DNA of 64,000 bases from Dehalococcoidia bacterium (GTDB taxonomy: Bacteria; Chloroflexota; Dehalococcoidia; Plut-88900): the NCBI GenBank assembly GCA_965207225.1, contig CBDBLV010000004.1, positions 1 through 64,000 on the forward strand, written 5' to 3'. Positions 37,091-46,979 of the stretch are shown one piece after another. The notes below the pieces were generated by a model. That model had not been told where the DNA came from and searched no databases. It was given only the letters and a program-made list of their open reading frames with translations. A program made the translations under genes and the position numbers. Positions within the stretch are counted from its first letter, which is position 1, and every line of letters begins with the position of its first letter.

Positions 37091-38167
37091 TTAGATAACT
37101 TGGGCTGTGGTCTTGCGATTAGAGACACCAGCTTCGGAGAAGGATGCCATATCCGACAGACATGCGGCAGCGGCTTCGATTATGGGCATGGCGAGAGCCG
37201 CACCCGTACCCTCCCCAAGTCGCATGTCAAGGTCCAGTACGGGGCTCAGGCCGAGGTGAGAGAGAACTGCACTATGACCTTTTTCTGCTGAGAGATGGGC
37301 GGCAACCATGTAGTCTCGGGTGTGGGGGCAGAGGCAGTGGGCGATAAGGGCGGCGGCACCGGAGACGAATCCATCCAGCACGATGACTCGTCGGGCGGAA
37401 GAGGCTCCCAGAATGACGCCAGCGAGGACGCCGATTTCGAAGCCGCCCACCTTGGTCAGGATACCGAAGGGGTCGTCGGGGCTTGGTTGGTTGGTGCGCA
37501 GTGTTTGCTCAACTACGTTGATTTTGTGCTTAAGTTCATGGTCGTTACGACCCGTGCCCCGACCCGTTGTTTCTTCAGGTGGCCTTCCAGTCATGGCCGA
37601 TGTTATTGCGCTGGAGGCGGTTGTGTTGCCGATACCCATGTCGCCCGTGCCGATCAGGTCAGCGCCCCTGTAGGCTGCCTCGAGGGCAAATTGAAAGCCG
37701 GCGGTGAGGCAGTGTCGGGCCTGGGTACGAGTCATGGCGGGGCCTGACGAGATGTCGGCGGTTCCGGGGCCAGAGCGAACCGACCTCAAGTGCGAGTGGT
37801 CGGGGAGTGGTTGGGCAGTGCCTGCGTCTACGATTACCAGTTCTATACCTGAGCGTCGGGCTATTGCGTTTATGGCCGCTCCACCTGCAAGGAAGTTGAG
37901 CACCATCTGTCGGGTGACTTCCTGGGGGTAACCTGTGACGCCTTGCTTGACGACGCCGTGATCACCAGCAGCCACTATGATGGTCTTTCCTCGTATGGTC
38001 GGAGATTCCGTGCCGAATACGCCGGCTAATTGGATGGATAACTCTTCCAACCTCCCCAGGCTTCCGGGAGGCTTAGTCAGTTGAGATTGTCGGGACCGGG
38101 CGGCGGTTATGGCATCGGAGTCGGCGGGGGTGATGCTTGAGATGATCTGGTCGAGGTCGGGGGTCAA
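37091..38167 (-). CDS. cobT: Nicotinate-nucleotide:DMB phosphoribosyltransferase
   Basis: LTKPPGSLGRLE, AGDHGV, MGIGNTT, MRLGEGTGA; TTG start at 38167 overlaps the cobO stop. Confidence 0.95.
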   Translation of the reverse strand: MTPDLDQIISSITPADSDAITAARSRQSQLTKPPGSLGRLEELSIQLAGVFGTESPTIRGKTIIVAAGDHGVVKQGVTGYPQEVTRQMVLNFLAGGAAINAIARRSGIELVIVDAGTAQPLPDHSHLRSVRSGPGTADISSGPAMTRTQARHCLTAGFQFALEAAYRGADLIGTGDMGIGNTTASSAITSAMTGRPPEETTGRGTGRNDHELKHKINVVEQTLRTNQPSPDDPFGILTKVGGFEIGVLAGVILGASSARRVIVLDGFVSGAAALIAHCLCPHTRDYMVAAHLSAEKGHSAVLSHLGLSPVLDLDMRLGEGTGAALAMPIIEAAAACLSDMASFSEAGVSNRKTTAQVI

Positions 38168-38739
38168 AACTCTATACCCTTCTGGGCGACGATGCCATGA
38201 TCTTCGTAGGGGTGCTTGATAACGTTCATTTCGGTGACGAGGTCGGCGCAATCAATGATTTCCTGGGGGGCATAGCGGCCGGTGATTATCACGTGCATTT
38301 TGGGCGGTTTCTGCCTGAGGGTTTCGACGACCTCTTCAATCGGGACCCAGCCGTAGTGCATGGGGTAGGTGAATTCATCGAGGACGATGATGTCTTCTGC
38401 GCCCTCCAGGATGGCCTTTTTACAGCGGTCCCAGAGCGCCACTGCCATCTCCGTGGTCTGGTCCATGTCTTTGGATAGCCAGGTAAAGCCGTCGCCAAAG
38501 GACTCCATGGGAATGCTGAGCTTGGCCGCGGCCCGGTTTTCTCCGAAGCGAGCACCCGTGTGCTTGATGAACTGGAACATCCTGACCTTAAAGTCCCGTC
38601 CCCAAGCCCGAAATATAACGCCCAGGGCGGCTGTGGTCTTGCCTTTTCCGTTACCGGTGTTCACGATGATCAGGCCGGTGCGGCCGCGGCGTCGCCTGGC
38701 AGGCCTTTCAGGGACTAAAGAAGGGTCCAGGGTGTTCAT
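38164..38739 (-). CDS. cobO: Cob(I)yrinic acid a,c-diamide adenosyltransferase
   Basis: TGNGKGKTTAALG, QFIK, VLDE, TGR, ADLVTEM..KHP, GIEF. Confidence 0.95.
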   Translation of the reverse strand: MNTLDPSLVPERPARRRRGRTGLIIVNTGNGKGKTTAALGVIFRAWGRDFKVRMFQFIKHTGARFGENRAAAKLSIPMESFGDGFTWLSKDMDQTTEMAVALWDRCKKAILEGAEDIIVLDEFTYPMHYGWVPIEEVVETLRQKPPKMHVIITGRYAPQEIIDCADLVTEMNVIKHPYEDHGIVAQKGIEF

Positions 38740-39644
38740 TGCTCTCCTCCCTTCTCATACGACTGGCGGCTGTTTGACTCCAGGAAACACGGGTCGGAAA
38801 TGGATTCGGGCGAGAAAGGGGTGAATTGGCCGTTGGCAGGGGAGTGTTCTTCCACCGGACCGATCAGGCTCAGGGTCAGAGCCCCCGCTATCGGGTCCCG
38901 GTAGACTGATACGTTCACGCCGAAAGAAGACGCTATGGTGCGAGGGGTGAGGACATCCTCCGGGGAGCCCTGGGCGAGGACTCTGCCATCTTTCATTAGG
39001 ACTAGACGGTCGCAGTATCGGGCTGCCAACTGGAGATCATGAATGGCAGCGATTGCGGTCAAGCCGCCGTCCACAAGCTTGCGAACGAGACCGATGACCT
39101 TGAGCTGATGCAGGATATCCAGATTGGACGTTGGCTCGTCGAGAAGGAGGACACGGGGTTGCTGGGCGAGAGCCCGGGACACGAAGATGCGCTGACGCTC
39201 GCCGCCGGACAGGGTGTCGAGGGTCCTGTCGGTGAATTGTTCAGTCTCGGTGAGGCGCATTGCCTCCCTGGCAACGAGATTATCCTTCTTGCCCTCGATC
39301 TGGAGTCGGCCCATGTGGGGATACCTGCCCATCAGCACCAGCTCCAGGGCAGTAAAGCCCTGGGTGTAGGGTGCGATCTGAGGAACGATAGCAAGGGCCC
39401 GGGCAATGTCCCTGGGCGTGGCATGCTTCAGGTCAGAGCCTTCCAACAGCACAACGCCTTCGCTGTAACTCAGAATGCCTGCTATTACCCTGAGCAAGGT
39501 GGTCTTGCCCGCACCGTTAGGGCCTATAAGCCCCACGAGCTGGCCCCGTTCGGCGCTAAGGTCTACACAGTCTAGAAGGGTCTGTGCGTCAACCTCGTAA
39601 TGGAGGTCTTTAGCGCTTACGGGTCGATTTTCTGTGTCTGCCAT
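38736..39644 (-). CDS. btuD: Corrinoid ABC transporter ATPase
   Basis: GPNGAGKT, LSGGERQR, LLLDEPT; operon context. Confidence 0.85.
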   Translation of the reverse strand: MADTENRPVSAKDLHYEVDAQTLLDCVDLSAERGQLVGLIGPNGAGKTTLLRVIAGILSYSEGVVLLEGSDLKHATPRDIARALAIVPQIAPYTQGFTALELVLMGRYPHMGRLQIEGKKDNLVAREAMRLTETEQFTDRTLDTLSGGERQRIFVSRALAQQPRVLLLDEPTSNLDILHQLKVIGLVRKLVDGGLTAIAAIHDLQLAARYCDRLVLMKDGRVLAQGSPEDVLTPRTIASSFGVNVSVYRDPIAGALTLSLIGPVEEHSPANGQFTPFSPESISDPCFLESNSRQSYEKGGEQ

Positions 39645-39651
39645 GGCAAAG

Positions 39652-40866
39652 CTACTCGGCCAAGCTGAACTGGTAGTCTATGGGTTCGGTGAACAGGTCG
39701 GGCCAGAGGAGTCGGGCCAATTCCTCGGCGCCCAGTATGTTCCAGTGGGAGAGGGTGGTGAAGTGCTTGCTCTCGACTATGTGGACCTGGCCATTCTTGA
39801 TGGCCGGGACTTCAGCGAGGGCTTCGTTATCCAAGAGGCTCTGGCGAAAGTCTCCGGCGCCGAACTCGGGAGGTTGGGGAATGATCACTATGTCAGGGGC
39901 CATGGAGATGACACCTTCCAGGCTAGTGGTCGCATTGGCAACAATTCCCGCTTCTTCAGCGGCATTTATACCTCCTGCGGCAGTGATAACACCACCTTCC
40001 GTGGAATCAGCGCCGGCGGTCCAAATACTATCGGAATACCGGGTCAGGGCCAGGACACGGGGCTTGGGGACAGCGGGGGCGGTTGTGGCGACCAATGAGT
40101 GATATCTTGCCCCTACTTCCGCAGCGAACTCGACTGCGCGTTGCTCTTCACCAAGGATGTAGCCCATCAGGAGTATATTATCGATCCTCTCTGCGGGGCC
40201 TTGTACGAGATCGGTCTGGATGACTGGGATGTCGAGCCTAGATAGAGCATCGATTCCCTCGGCTGAGAAGAAGGGGCTGGTAACCACGACGTCGGGGGTG
40301 AGGGCGATGATGGTCTCGGGGTCTCTCGTAATCACCGGGAGGGCCTGCACCAAGGAGGCCACATTCGAAAATGTGGCGTTTTTGGTCGGATCTCCCACGC
40401 CGACCAGCCTAGACAAAGGAATTAGGGATACGGCTAATTCGTCGTGCCCGACGGAGGCGGTGATGAGCCTCAGAGGCTTATTTTGGATCGTGACGAGACC
40501 GTTAAGCCCCTCAACTTCGCGAGGCCAGCCGAAGTTGGTCGGGTCGACTATACCGGAGACGCCTTCAAAGTAGGACACCAGAGGTACGGGAGTGGAAGTA
40601 GGCACGGGCGTGGGCACAGAGGTAGGCGTTGGCGCCGGTACAGAGGTAGGAACAGGTGTCGGGTTGGAGGGCAAGGCCGTAGTCGGATTTGGCGTCGATG
40701 TAGGGGCAGGAGCTGCAGTTGGCGAAAGGACCGCGGTCGGGGCAGCGGTGGGTGGGGGAGGAGAGGTTGGGGCTGGAGTCGGGGTCGCGGATGTACACGC
40801 GGCCAACAACAGAACCATCAGGACAACCAGGGACACGATGGGCATTAAGAAACGCTTAGACGACAA
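39652..40866 (-). CDS. btuF: Corrinoid ABC transporter substrate-binding lipoprotein with PT linker
   Basis: LLAAC lipobox; periplasmic-binding motifs ETIIALTPDVV and VPAIKNGQV. Confidence 0.8.
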   Translation of the reverse strand: MSSKRFLMPIVSLVVLMVLLLAACTSATPTPAPTSPPPPTAAPTAVLSPTAAPAPTSTPNPTTALPSNPTPVPTSVPAPTPTSVPTPVPTSTPVPLVSYFEGVSGIVDPTNFGWPREVEGLNGLVTIQNKPLRLITASVGHDELAVSLIPLSRLVGVGDPTKNATFSNVASLVQALPVITRDPETIIALTPDVVVTSPFFSAEGIDALSRLDIPVIQTDLVQGPAERIDNILLMGYILGEEQRAVEFAAEVGARYHSLVATTAPAVPKPRVLALTRYSDSIWTAGADSTEGGVITAAGGINAAEEAGIVANATTSLEGVISMAPDIVIIPQPPEFGAGDFRQSLLDNEALAEVPAIKNGQVHIVESKHFTTLSHWNILGAEELARLLWPDLFTEPIDYQFSLAE

Positions 40867-40893
40867 GGTAGCTCCTTTCCAATTTTTGAATTC

Positions 40894-41973
40894 TCATAGT
40901 GAGTAGACCTGTCGTTTGTTCTTTATCAGCAAAAATATGAAAAAGGGAGCGCCGACGAAGGCGGTGATGATGCTTACAGGGAGCTCGGCGGGCTGGATGA
41001 CGGTACGGGCGACGGTGTCGGCGAGGATGACGAAAGCAGCTCCGCCGAGGGCGCTCATGGGGACGAGTACACGGTGGTCGGGGCCGAGGACGAGGCGAAG
41101 GATATGGGGTGTGACAAGGCCGACAAAGGCAATAGTGCCACTAACAGCGACGGCAGACCCCGTGACTAGGGCGGCGGCCCCAAGGAGAGTCACGCGTGTG
41201 ACGCCGACGCGTATGCCCATTGAGCGGGCTTCGTCATCACCGAGTGTAAGGAGGTTGAGGTCGCGAGCCATGATCGCTATCACTGCGGTCCCGGCCAAAA
41301 TCAGGGGAGCGGATATACGGACGTGTTCCCAGGAACGGGAGTCGAGGCCTCCGGCGAGCCAGAAGAGGATCTCCCGGAGCGCTCCATTGTCGGGGAGGAG
41401 GATGATAATGGCGGAGACGATGGCACCCAGGAAGGCATTGACTGCGACGCCGGCCAGGAGAAGAGTAGCCATGGAGAAACGACCTCCGACCGCGGCTATG
41501 CCGTATACGAGGAAGGAGGCCCCCAAGGCACCCACGAACGCAAAGGCCGGAAGGGCAAGGAAGAATAGGCTAGTAATCCCCGTGGCGATGGCAACAACTG
41601 CGCCAACGGCGCCGCCTGCGGAAACGCCGATTATCCCGGGGTCGGCCATAGGATTGCGGAAAAGACCCTGCATGGTGGCACCGGCTACGCCGAGGGCCAT
41701 ACCGACAAGGGCCCCGACCGCGATTCTAGGGAGGCGGATTTGTTCGATTACGAGAAGTTCGGTGCGGGTGAAGGAGGCAAAATCCAGCCCAATGTAGGAC
41801 AGGATAACGGAGGCAACGCGATCAGTGGAGATGTTAACCGGGCCCAGGCTCAGGGACGCCAGCGCAGTTCCGAACACGAGGAGAAGGATGACGGAAGAGC
41901 TGGCTGTCAATCGGGTCACTACTCCCGACTGACGGTAGCTACGCAGTGCATTCGCACCGACAACTCGAATCAA
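40894..41973 (-). CDS. btuC: Corrinoid ABC transporter permease (FecCD family)
   Basis: IRLPR, QGLFRNPMADPGIIGVSAG, LGDDEARSMG, IAFVGL. Confidence 0.85.
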   Translation of the reverse strand: MIRVVGANALRSYRQSGVVTRLTASSSVILLLVFGTALASLSLGPVNISTDRVASVILSYIGLDFASFTRTELLVIEQIRLPRIAVGALVGMALGVAGATMQGLFRNPMADPGIIGVSAGGAVGAVVAIATGITSLFFLALPAFAFVGALGASFLVYGIAAVGGRFSMATLLLAGVAVNAFLGAIVSAIIILLPDNGALREILFWLAGGLDSRSWEHVRISAPLILAGTAVIAIMARDLNLLTLGDDEARSMGIRVGVTRVTLLGAAALVTGSAVAVSGTIAFVGLVTPHILRLVLGPDHRVLVPMSALGGAAFVILADTVARTVIQPAELPVSIITAFVGAPFFIFLLIKNKRQVYSL

Positions 41974-42077
41974 AAAGACCTCCTGCGGTTCTCCGCTAGA
42001 GGTCTCGATGTGCGCTGGTCGGGATTGTTCCCTGGACTCGAGGGACCCTCTCTGAGGCGGAGAGTGGTCACCTTCCG

Positions 42078-42245
42078 TTCAGGCAGGTCTCCTGACTTGC
42101 GGGTTGGGTCTGTGCCCCGATCCCTTCCCACCGGCGTACCGGCAGTGGTCTCGGGCCAAGTTCCCCGCTTACAGTGGCGCTACCGTGGCGGTCTTTCACC
42201 GCCTTCCCTATTCTCCCTGGGCGGGCACCTGAACGGGCAGTGTAT
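42078..42245 (-). ncRNA. Cobalamin (AdoCbl) riboswitch
   Basis: Minus strand reads AGGTGC...AATAGGGAAggcGGTGAAAgACCgccACGGtagCGCCACTGTAA...CCACTG...GGGAAGG...AAGTCAGGAGACCTGCC (B12 box), upstream of the btu-cob operon. Confidence 0.95.
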
Positions 42246-42500
42246 ATGTTTTTGAGTTGCGGGGTATGATAGGGGTGCCGTGAGAGCGTGTCAATGGCCA
42301 GTTAGGGCGAGATGCGAGCCTGAAGGGACTACATTGCATTACATAACGTTCGTTGCTGCCCATTTTCGGACGGATAAATTCGAGGCGGAAACGAAATGAT
42401 GTCGGATTGTGGGTTGAGGGCAATGGAGGGAAGCCAATGATAGACTACCCCGATCCATTCGAGGTGTTAAGTGTCGAGATTGGGAGGGCATTGCACTGAG

Positions 42501-43016
42501 ATGGATGTATATGTGCTAAGACACGGAGTCGCGGACGAGAGGGACTTCCGGAAATATCCCGACGATGACTTACGTCCCCTGATTCCGGAGGGCGTCGACA
42601 AGCTTAGGCGACAGACCAAGGGCTTGAAAGAGATGGGATTGTCGGTAGACCTGGTGATCTCCAGCCCCCTGGTTAGGGCAGTGCAAACGGCCGAAATAGC
42701 CATGGAAGGACTGGGTATTACCAACGAGTTGGCATATTCGGAGAGCTTAGTGCCGGAGGCGCACCCCTATCTCCTGATGGAGGAGTTGGGCAACAAATAC
42801 TCGACCCAAGACAAGGTAATGGTGGTGGGACACGAGCCTCATATGAGCAGCTTTGTGTCGATGGTTGTGAGCGGAGATCCGAACGGGCTTATCCGCTTGA
42901 AGAAGGGCGCTTTGTGCAAGCTGAGGATTCCGAGGCTGGACGGAGTCAGGTCGGGTTGGCTGGAGTGGCTCATGACCCCAGACCAGATGATCAAGATGGG
43001 TGAAGGGCAAGTTTGA
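42501..43016 (+). CDS. sixA: Phosphohistidine phosphatase SixA
   Basis: LRHG, DDLRPL, SSPLVRAVQTA, VGHEP, LKKG. Confidence 0.9.
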   Translation: MDVYVLRHGVADERDFRKYPDDDLRPLIPEGVDKLRRQTKGLKEMGLSVDLVISSPLVRAVQTAEIAMEGLGITNELAYSESLVPEAHPYLLMEELGNKYSTQDKVMVVGHEPHMSSFVSMVVSGDPNGLIRLKKGALCKLRIPRLDGVRSGWLEWLMTPDQMIKMGEGQV

Positions 43017-43127
43017 GGATAGAAGTCGAGGTAAGTTAGGTTACATAACGCACAATTGATACGAGAGAATGTAGAAGAGTAGGGCGAGCGGCAAAAGTGA
43101 CAAGGAATCAAGTGCTGAAGGCAACAG

Positions 43128-44054
43128 ATGACGGCCAGAAATTTACCGACTGAGGAAGAGGTTCTGGGTTATGCTGAGAGCTACTCCAACTGGGGCCGGT
43201 GGGGGCCGGACGACCAATTGGGGACACTAAACCTAGTGACGGCTGAGAAACGTCTGCAGGCTTCTCGGTTGGTGAAAGAGGGCGTTTCCGTCTCCTGCTC
43301 CTGGACCATCTCGCCAGACCTGCCGGGGGAAACGATGTCGCAGGTGCTGCACTACATGACGGCGACGGGGGAAGCTGGTCAGGAGGCAGAGGAATCGGGG
43401 GACTTTATGGGGATTGCCTATCACGGCAACACCATCACTCACGTGGATGCGCTTTGCCACATCTTTTCCGGCGGGAAGATGTACAACGGATTCCCGGCCA
43501 AGCTGGTGAATAGCGAGTCGGGAGCAGAGGTGGAGTCGGTGGAGTTGCTGGCGCAGGGGGTCGTCACCCGGGGCGTGCTACTGGACATTCCTCGGCTTCG
43601 CGGGGAGCGATACCTCGATGGCCCGGACCCAATCTTACCTGACGAGCTTGAAGAGGCAGAGAAGGCCCAGGGGGTGAAAGTGGAGTCAGGGGACGTTTTG
43701 CTCATTCGGACGGGTCACCTGGCGAGGTGCTATGCGGGGGAATTGTCGGCGTCGGATGATCCGAGGCCCGGGCCACATGCCTCCTGCATACCGTGGTGGA
43801 GAGAGCGAGACATAGCCATGCTGGCGGGAGACCAATCCAACGAGGTGTTTCCATCGGGATACGAGGGCATAAGGTCGCCAAACCATTCGATTGCTCTGCC
43901 TCACCTGGGGCTGTGGCTGATAGACAATGCCAACCTGGAGGACCTGGCCGAGGCCTGCGCCCAGCGCAGGCGGTGGGAATTTATGATGGTCATTGCGCCA
44001 CTCAGATTCAAGAACGCCACCGGATCTCCGGCCAATCCACTCGCAATTTTCTAG
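43128..44054 (+). CDS. Cyclase family (kynurenine formamidase-like) metal-dependent hydrolase
   Basis: NWGRWGPDDQLGTLN, HGNTITHVDALCH, RGVLLDIP, TGSPANP. Confidence 0.9.
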   Translation: MTARNLPTEEEVLGYAESYSNWGRWGPDDQLGTLNLVTAEKRLQASRLVKEGVSVSCSWTISPDLPGETMSQVLHYMTATGEAGQEAEESGDFMGIAYHGNTITHVDALCHIFSGGKMYNGFPAKLVNSESGAEVESVELLAQGVVTRGVLLDIPRLRGERYLDGPDPILPDELEEAEKAQGVKVESGDVLLIRTGHLARCYAGELSASDDPRPGPHASCIPWWRERDIAMLAGDQSNEVFPSGYEGIRSPNHSIALPHLGLWLIDNANLEDLAEACAQRRRWEFMMVIAPLRFKNATGSPANPLAIF

Positions 44055-44099
44055 CCGAGAGTATGGGTTAGAAGGTTCGTCAAACAAAGGGCCAATGCC

Positions 44100-44540
44100 A
44101 TGCGAATGACCAATGAAGAAGTGAAGCAATACCTGGATGAGCCCCGAATAGCTAGAGTAGCGTCGAACAGCCCAAGCGGGTATCCGTACTTGGTGGCTAC
44201 ATGGTATGCGTACGAGGATTGTGAACTGTACTTCTTCTGTGGGAGGCGAGCGCCGAGGGCGTCGGCGCTGCAGGAGGACCCGAAGATGGTCTTCCTAATC
44301 GACGATGACCATTACCCGTACAAGCACGTGACGATTCATGGGATTGGTCACTTGGAGGAGTCGCAGGCAAGGACCGATGAGTACGTCGAGAGGATAAGCA
44401 TCAAGTATCTCGGGCCTGATATGGGTCTCAAGTACGCGGAGTCTCTAAGGAGTTCAATCGACCCGGTTCTCATTAGGGTGGAGATAACCAAGCTGATTTC
44501 GTGGGACTACTTCACGGGTGGCTACAGGACCAAGGCCTAG
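44100..44540 (+). CDS. Pyridoxamine 5'-phosphate oxidase-like (PPOX class, possibly F420-binding) protein
   Basis: GYPYLVATWY, LQEDP, PYKHVTIHG, KYLG, SWDY. Confidence 0.8.
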   Translation: MRMTNEEVKQYLDEPRIARVASNSPSGYPYLVATWYAYEDCELYFFCGRRAPRASALQEDPKMVFLIDDDHYPYKHVTIHGIGHLEESQARTDEYVERISIKYLGPDMGLKYAESLRSSIDPVLIRVEITKLISWDYFTGGYRTKA

Positions 44541-44576
44541 GGGCGTGGGCGTACAAGTCCCGGTGACGGCGGTGGG

Positions 44577-46979
44577 ATGAAGACGGCTCTGGGCGGCATA
44601 CGCATCCTGGACATGGCTAGGGCGGAGGGCCAGTTTTGCGGTCGGGTACTGGCGGATGTCGGGGCGGAGGTGATCAAGGTGGAGCCGCCGGAGGGAGACC
44701 CGGCACGACGAGAGCTACCCTTGATGGCAGGTAGGTTGGAAGGTGAGTCGGGGCTGGGGTTCATTCATTTCAACACGAACAAAAAGAGCGTCGTACTTGA
44801 CCTGAACACAACCGAGGGCCAGTCACAACTCCTCCGGTTGGCATGTACTGCGGATGCGGTCATAGAGACCGGGGGGGAATCGTGGATTAACTACGCTATG
44901 CTGGAAGAGGCGAATCCGGGGCTGGTTCGGGTTTCGATCTCGGGGTTCGGGTTGGAGGGGCCGCACAGCAGGTGGAAGGCACCGAGCATCGTGGTGTCGG
45001 CAATGGGCGGGATCATGTACCTGTGTGGGTCGCCGGAGAAGGCACCTCTCGCAGAGCCCGAATACCAGCGGTTTCACCTAGCGTCGACGTTTGCGGCATA
45101 TGGGCTTCTACTGGCGTTGAGGGCTCGGGAGGGGAGTGGGAGAGGGCAGCGTGTTGAGGTATCGTGCCAGGAGGTAAATGCGTCCCAGCAGCACGTGGTG
45201 GTGAACTACGGTGCCAATGCGGCGGTACTGGTGCGAGAGGGAAACCGGGGGCCGTTGGGTGGGGGGATGCCGGAGGGGGTATATCCGGGGAGCGACGGCT
45301 TTTGCCACGTGGTGATAATCCCCCGGGGGCACTGGCGGAGCCTGCTAGAGTGGATGGGCAATCCCGAGCCCTTGACAGACCCGATCTGGGAAAACAGGCA
45401 CGTGCGCAACGCCAACCTGAACTTTATTGAGCCTCCGGTTCTAGACTTCATGAAAGGGCTGACCAAGGAGCAGCTGTTCAGGCAGGGACAGGACCGTAGG
45501 GTGCCGATTGGGCCTATCAACCGTCCGGATGAGTTCACCCGGGACCCGTATGCCGCAGAGCGAGGGGTGTTTCTTGAGGTGGAGAGGCAGGGATCGGGAC
45601 GATGCATACAGGTCGGGAGCCCATTCAGGATGAGTGAGACCCCGGGTGCGATATTCGCCCCGGCCCCGCGCCTGGGGGAGCACAACGAAGAGATTTTGGG
45701 GGGCACAGCCTTGCAAGAGCCCCAGAAGCAGTCGACTGCAGGCAATCCTCGTCGAGCAAACAAAGCTGGGACCGGGTTGCCGTTGGAAGGCATCCGGGTG
45801 TTGGACTTCACCTTTGCGATTGCCGGGCCGGTGCTGACGCAGCTGCTGGGGGAGAACGGGGCCGAGGTGATAAAGGTGGAGTCGGAGGCGAGGCAACAGA
45901 GGGGTCGGGCGCGGGAGGGGCTGGACCCGAAGGTGGTCCTACAGCAGAGGGTCACCTTTGCCGACGTGAACCGCAACAAGCTCAGCGTTACAGTGAATAT
46001 GGGTAAGGAGGAAGGGCGGGAGGTGATCCGGAGGTTGGCCCCGCTATGCGATGTGGTGGTGGAGAACTTCAGTCCCCGGGTTATGGACAGGTGGGACTTC
46101 GGATACGAGCAATTGAAGGAGCTGCGGCGGGACATCATCATGGCCCGGCTGCCGGCTTTCGGGCTATCTGGGTACCACCGAGACTACCTGGGTATGGCTT
46201 CCATAGCCATGAGCATCACGGGGCTTTACCACCTGTGGTCGTATCCCGACGAGCCAGAACCCGCCGGCCCTCCCGTCTGGACGCCCGACTATCTGAGCGC
46301 GGCCATGGGCAGCGTAGCTATCGTGGCTGCGCTGCGGCATCGGGACCGTACAGGAGAGGGGCAACTGATAGAGCTGGCGCAGACTGAAGCCCTGGCCTCG
46401 ATTCTAGGTGCAGAGTACATGGACTATCTTGTCAACGGTTCAGTGAGTGAGCCGATGGGCAATAGACACTCGTGGATGGCGCCGCACGGGGCGTACAGGT
46501 GCAAGGGCGAGGATGCCTGGTGCGTAATTGCGATCGGGAGTGAGGAGGAGTGGGAGAATCTGTGTTGGGTGATGGGGAGCCCGGTATGGTCTCGGGAGGA
46601 TAAGTTTGGGGACATGGCGAGCCGGCATGCAAATCAGGACGAGCTGGATGCGAGGATAGAGGAGTGGACTCGAGAGAGGACGCCGGAGTCGGTGGTTGAG
46701 ACACTGCAGGGAGTCGGGGTGGGGGCTGGGGTGGTGCAGGACGGGAAGAGGCTATTCAATGATCCACATCTGAGGGCTCGGGGGTTCTTCACTCCCTTAG
46801 ATGATCCGGGCACCGGGTCGATGGACTATCCGGGGCCATACATACGGCTATCAGATACGCCGGGTCGAGTGGAGAGGTGTCACGGGTTTGGGGAGGACAA
46901 CTTGTACGTGTTTGGGGATCTACTTGACATGCCGGTGGCGGAGGTGGAGAGGCTGGCGAAGATTGGGGTGTTGGCCTAG
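44577..46979 (+). CDS. Tandem (two-domain) family III CoA-transferase (CaiB/BaiF)
   Basis: Two CaiB repeats: GAEVIKVEPP...NTNKKS and GAEVIKVES...NRNKLS; WTPDY Asp in the second repeat. Confidence 0.9.
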   Translation: MKTALGGIRILDMARAEGQFCGRVLADVGAEVIKVEPPEGDPARRELPLMAGRLEGESGLGFIHFNTNKKSVVLDLNTTEGQSQLLRLACTADAVIETGGESWINYAMLEEANPGLVRVSISGFGLEGPHSRWKAPSIVVSAMGGIMYLCGSPEKAPLAEPEYQRFHLASTFAAYGLLLALRAREGSGRGQRVEVSCQEVNASQQHVVVNYGANAAVLVREGNRGPLGGGMPEGVYPGSDGFCHVVIIPRGHWRSLLEWMGNPEPLTDPIWENRHVRNANLNFIEPPVLDFMKGLTKEQLFRQGQDRRVPIGPINRPDEFTRDPYAAERGVFLEVERQGSGRCIQVGSPFRMSETPGAIFAPAPRLGEHNEEILGGTALQEPQKQSTAGNPRRANKAGTGLPLEGIRVLDFTFAIAGPVLTQLLGENGAEVIKVESEARQQRGRAREGLDPKVVLQQRVTFADVNRNKLSVTVNMGKEEGREVIRRLAPLCDVVVENFSPRVMDRWDFGYEQLKELRRDIIMARLPAFGLSGYHRDYLGMASIAMSITGLYHLWSYPDEPEPAGPPVWTPDYLSAAMGSVAIVAALRHRDRTGEGQLIELAQTEALASILGAEYMDYLVNGSVSEPMGNRHSWMAPHGAYRCKGEDAWCVIAIGSEEEWENLCWVMGSPVWSREDKFGDMASRHANQDELDARIEEWTRERTPESVVETLQGVGVGAGVVQDGKRLFNDPHLRARGFFTPLDDPGTGSMDYPGPYIRLSDTPGRVERCHGFGEDNLYVFGDLLDMPVAEVERLAKIGVLA

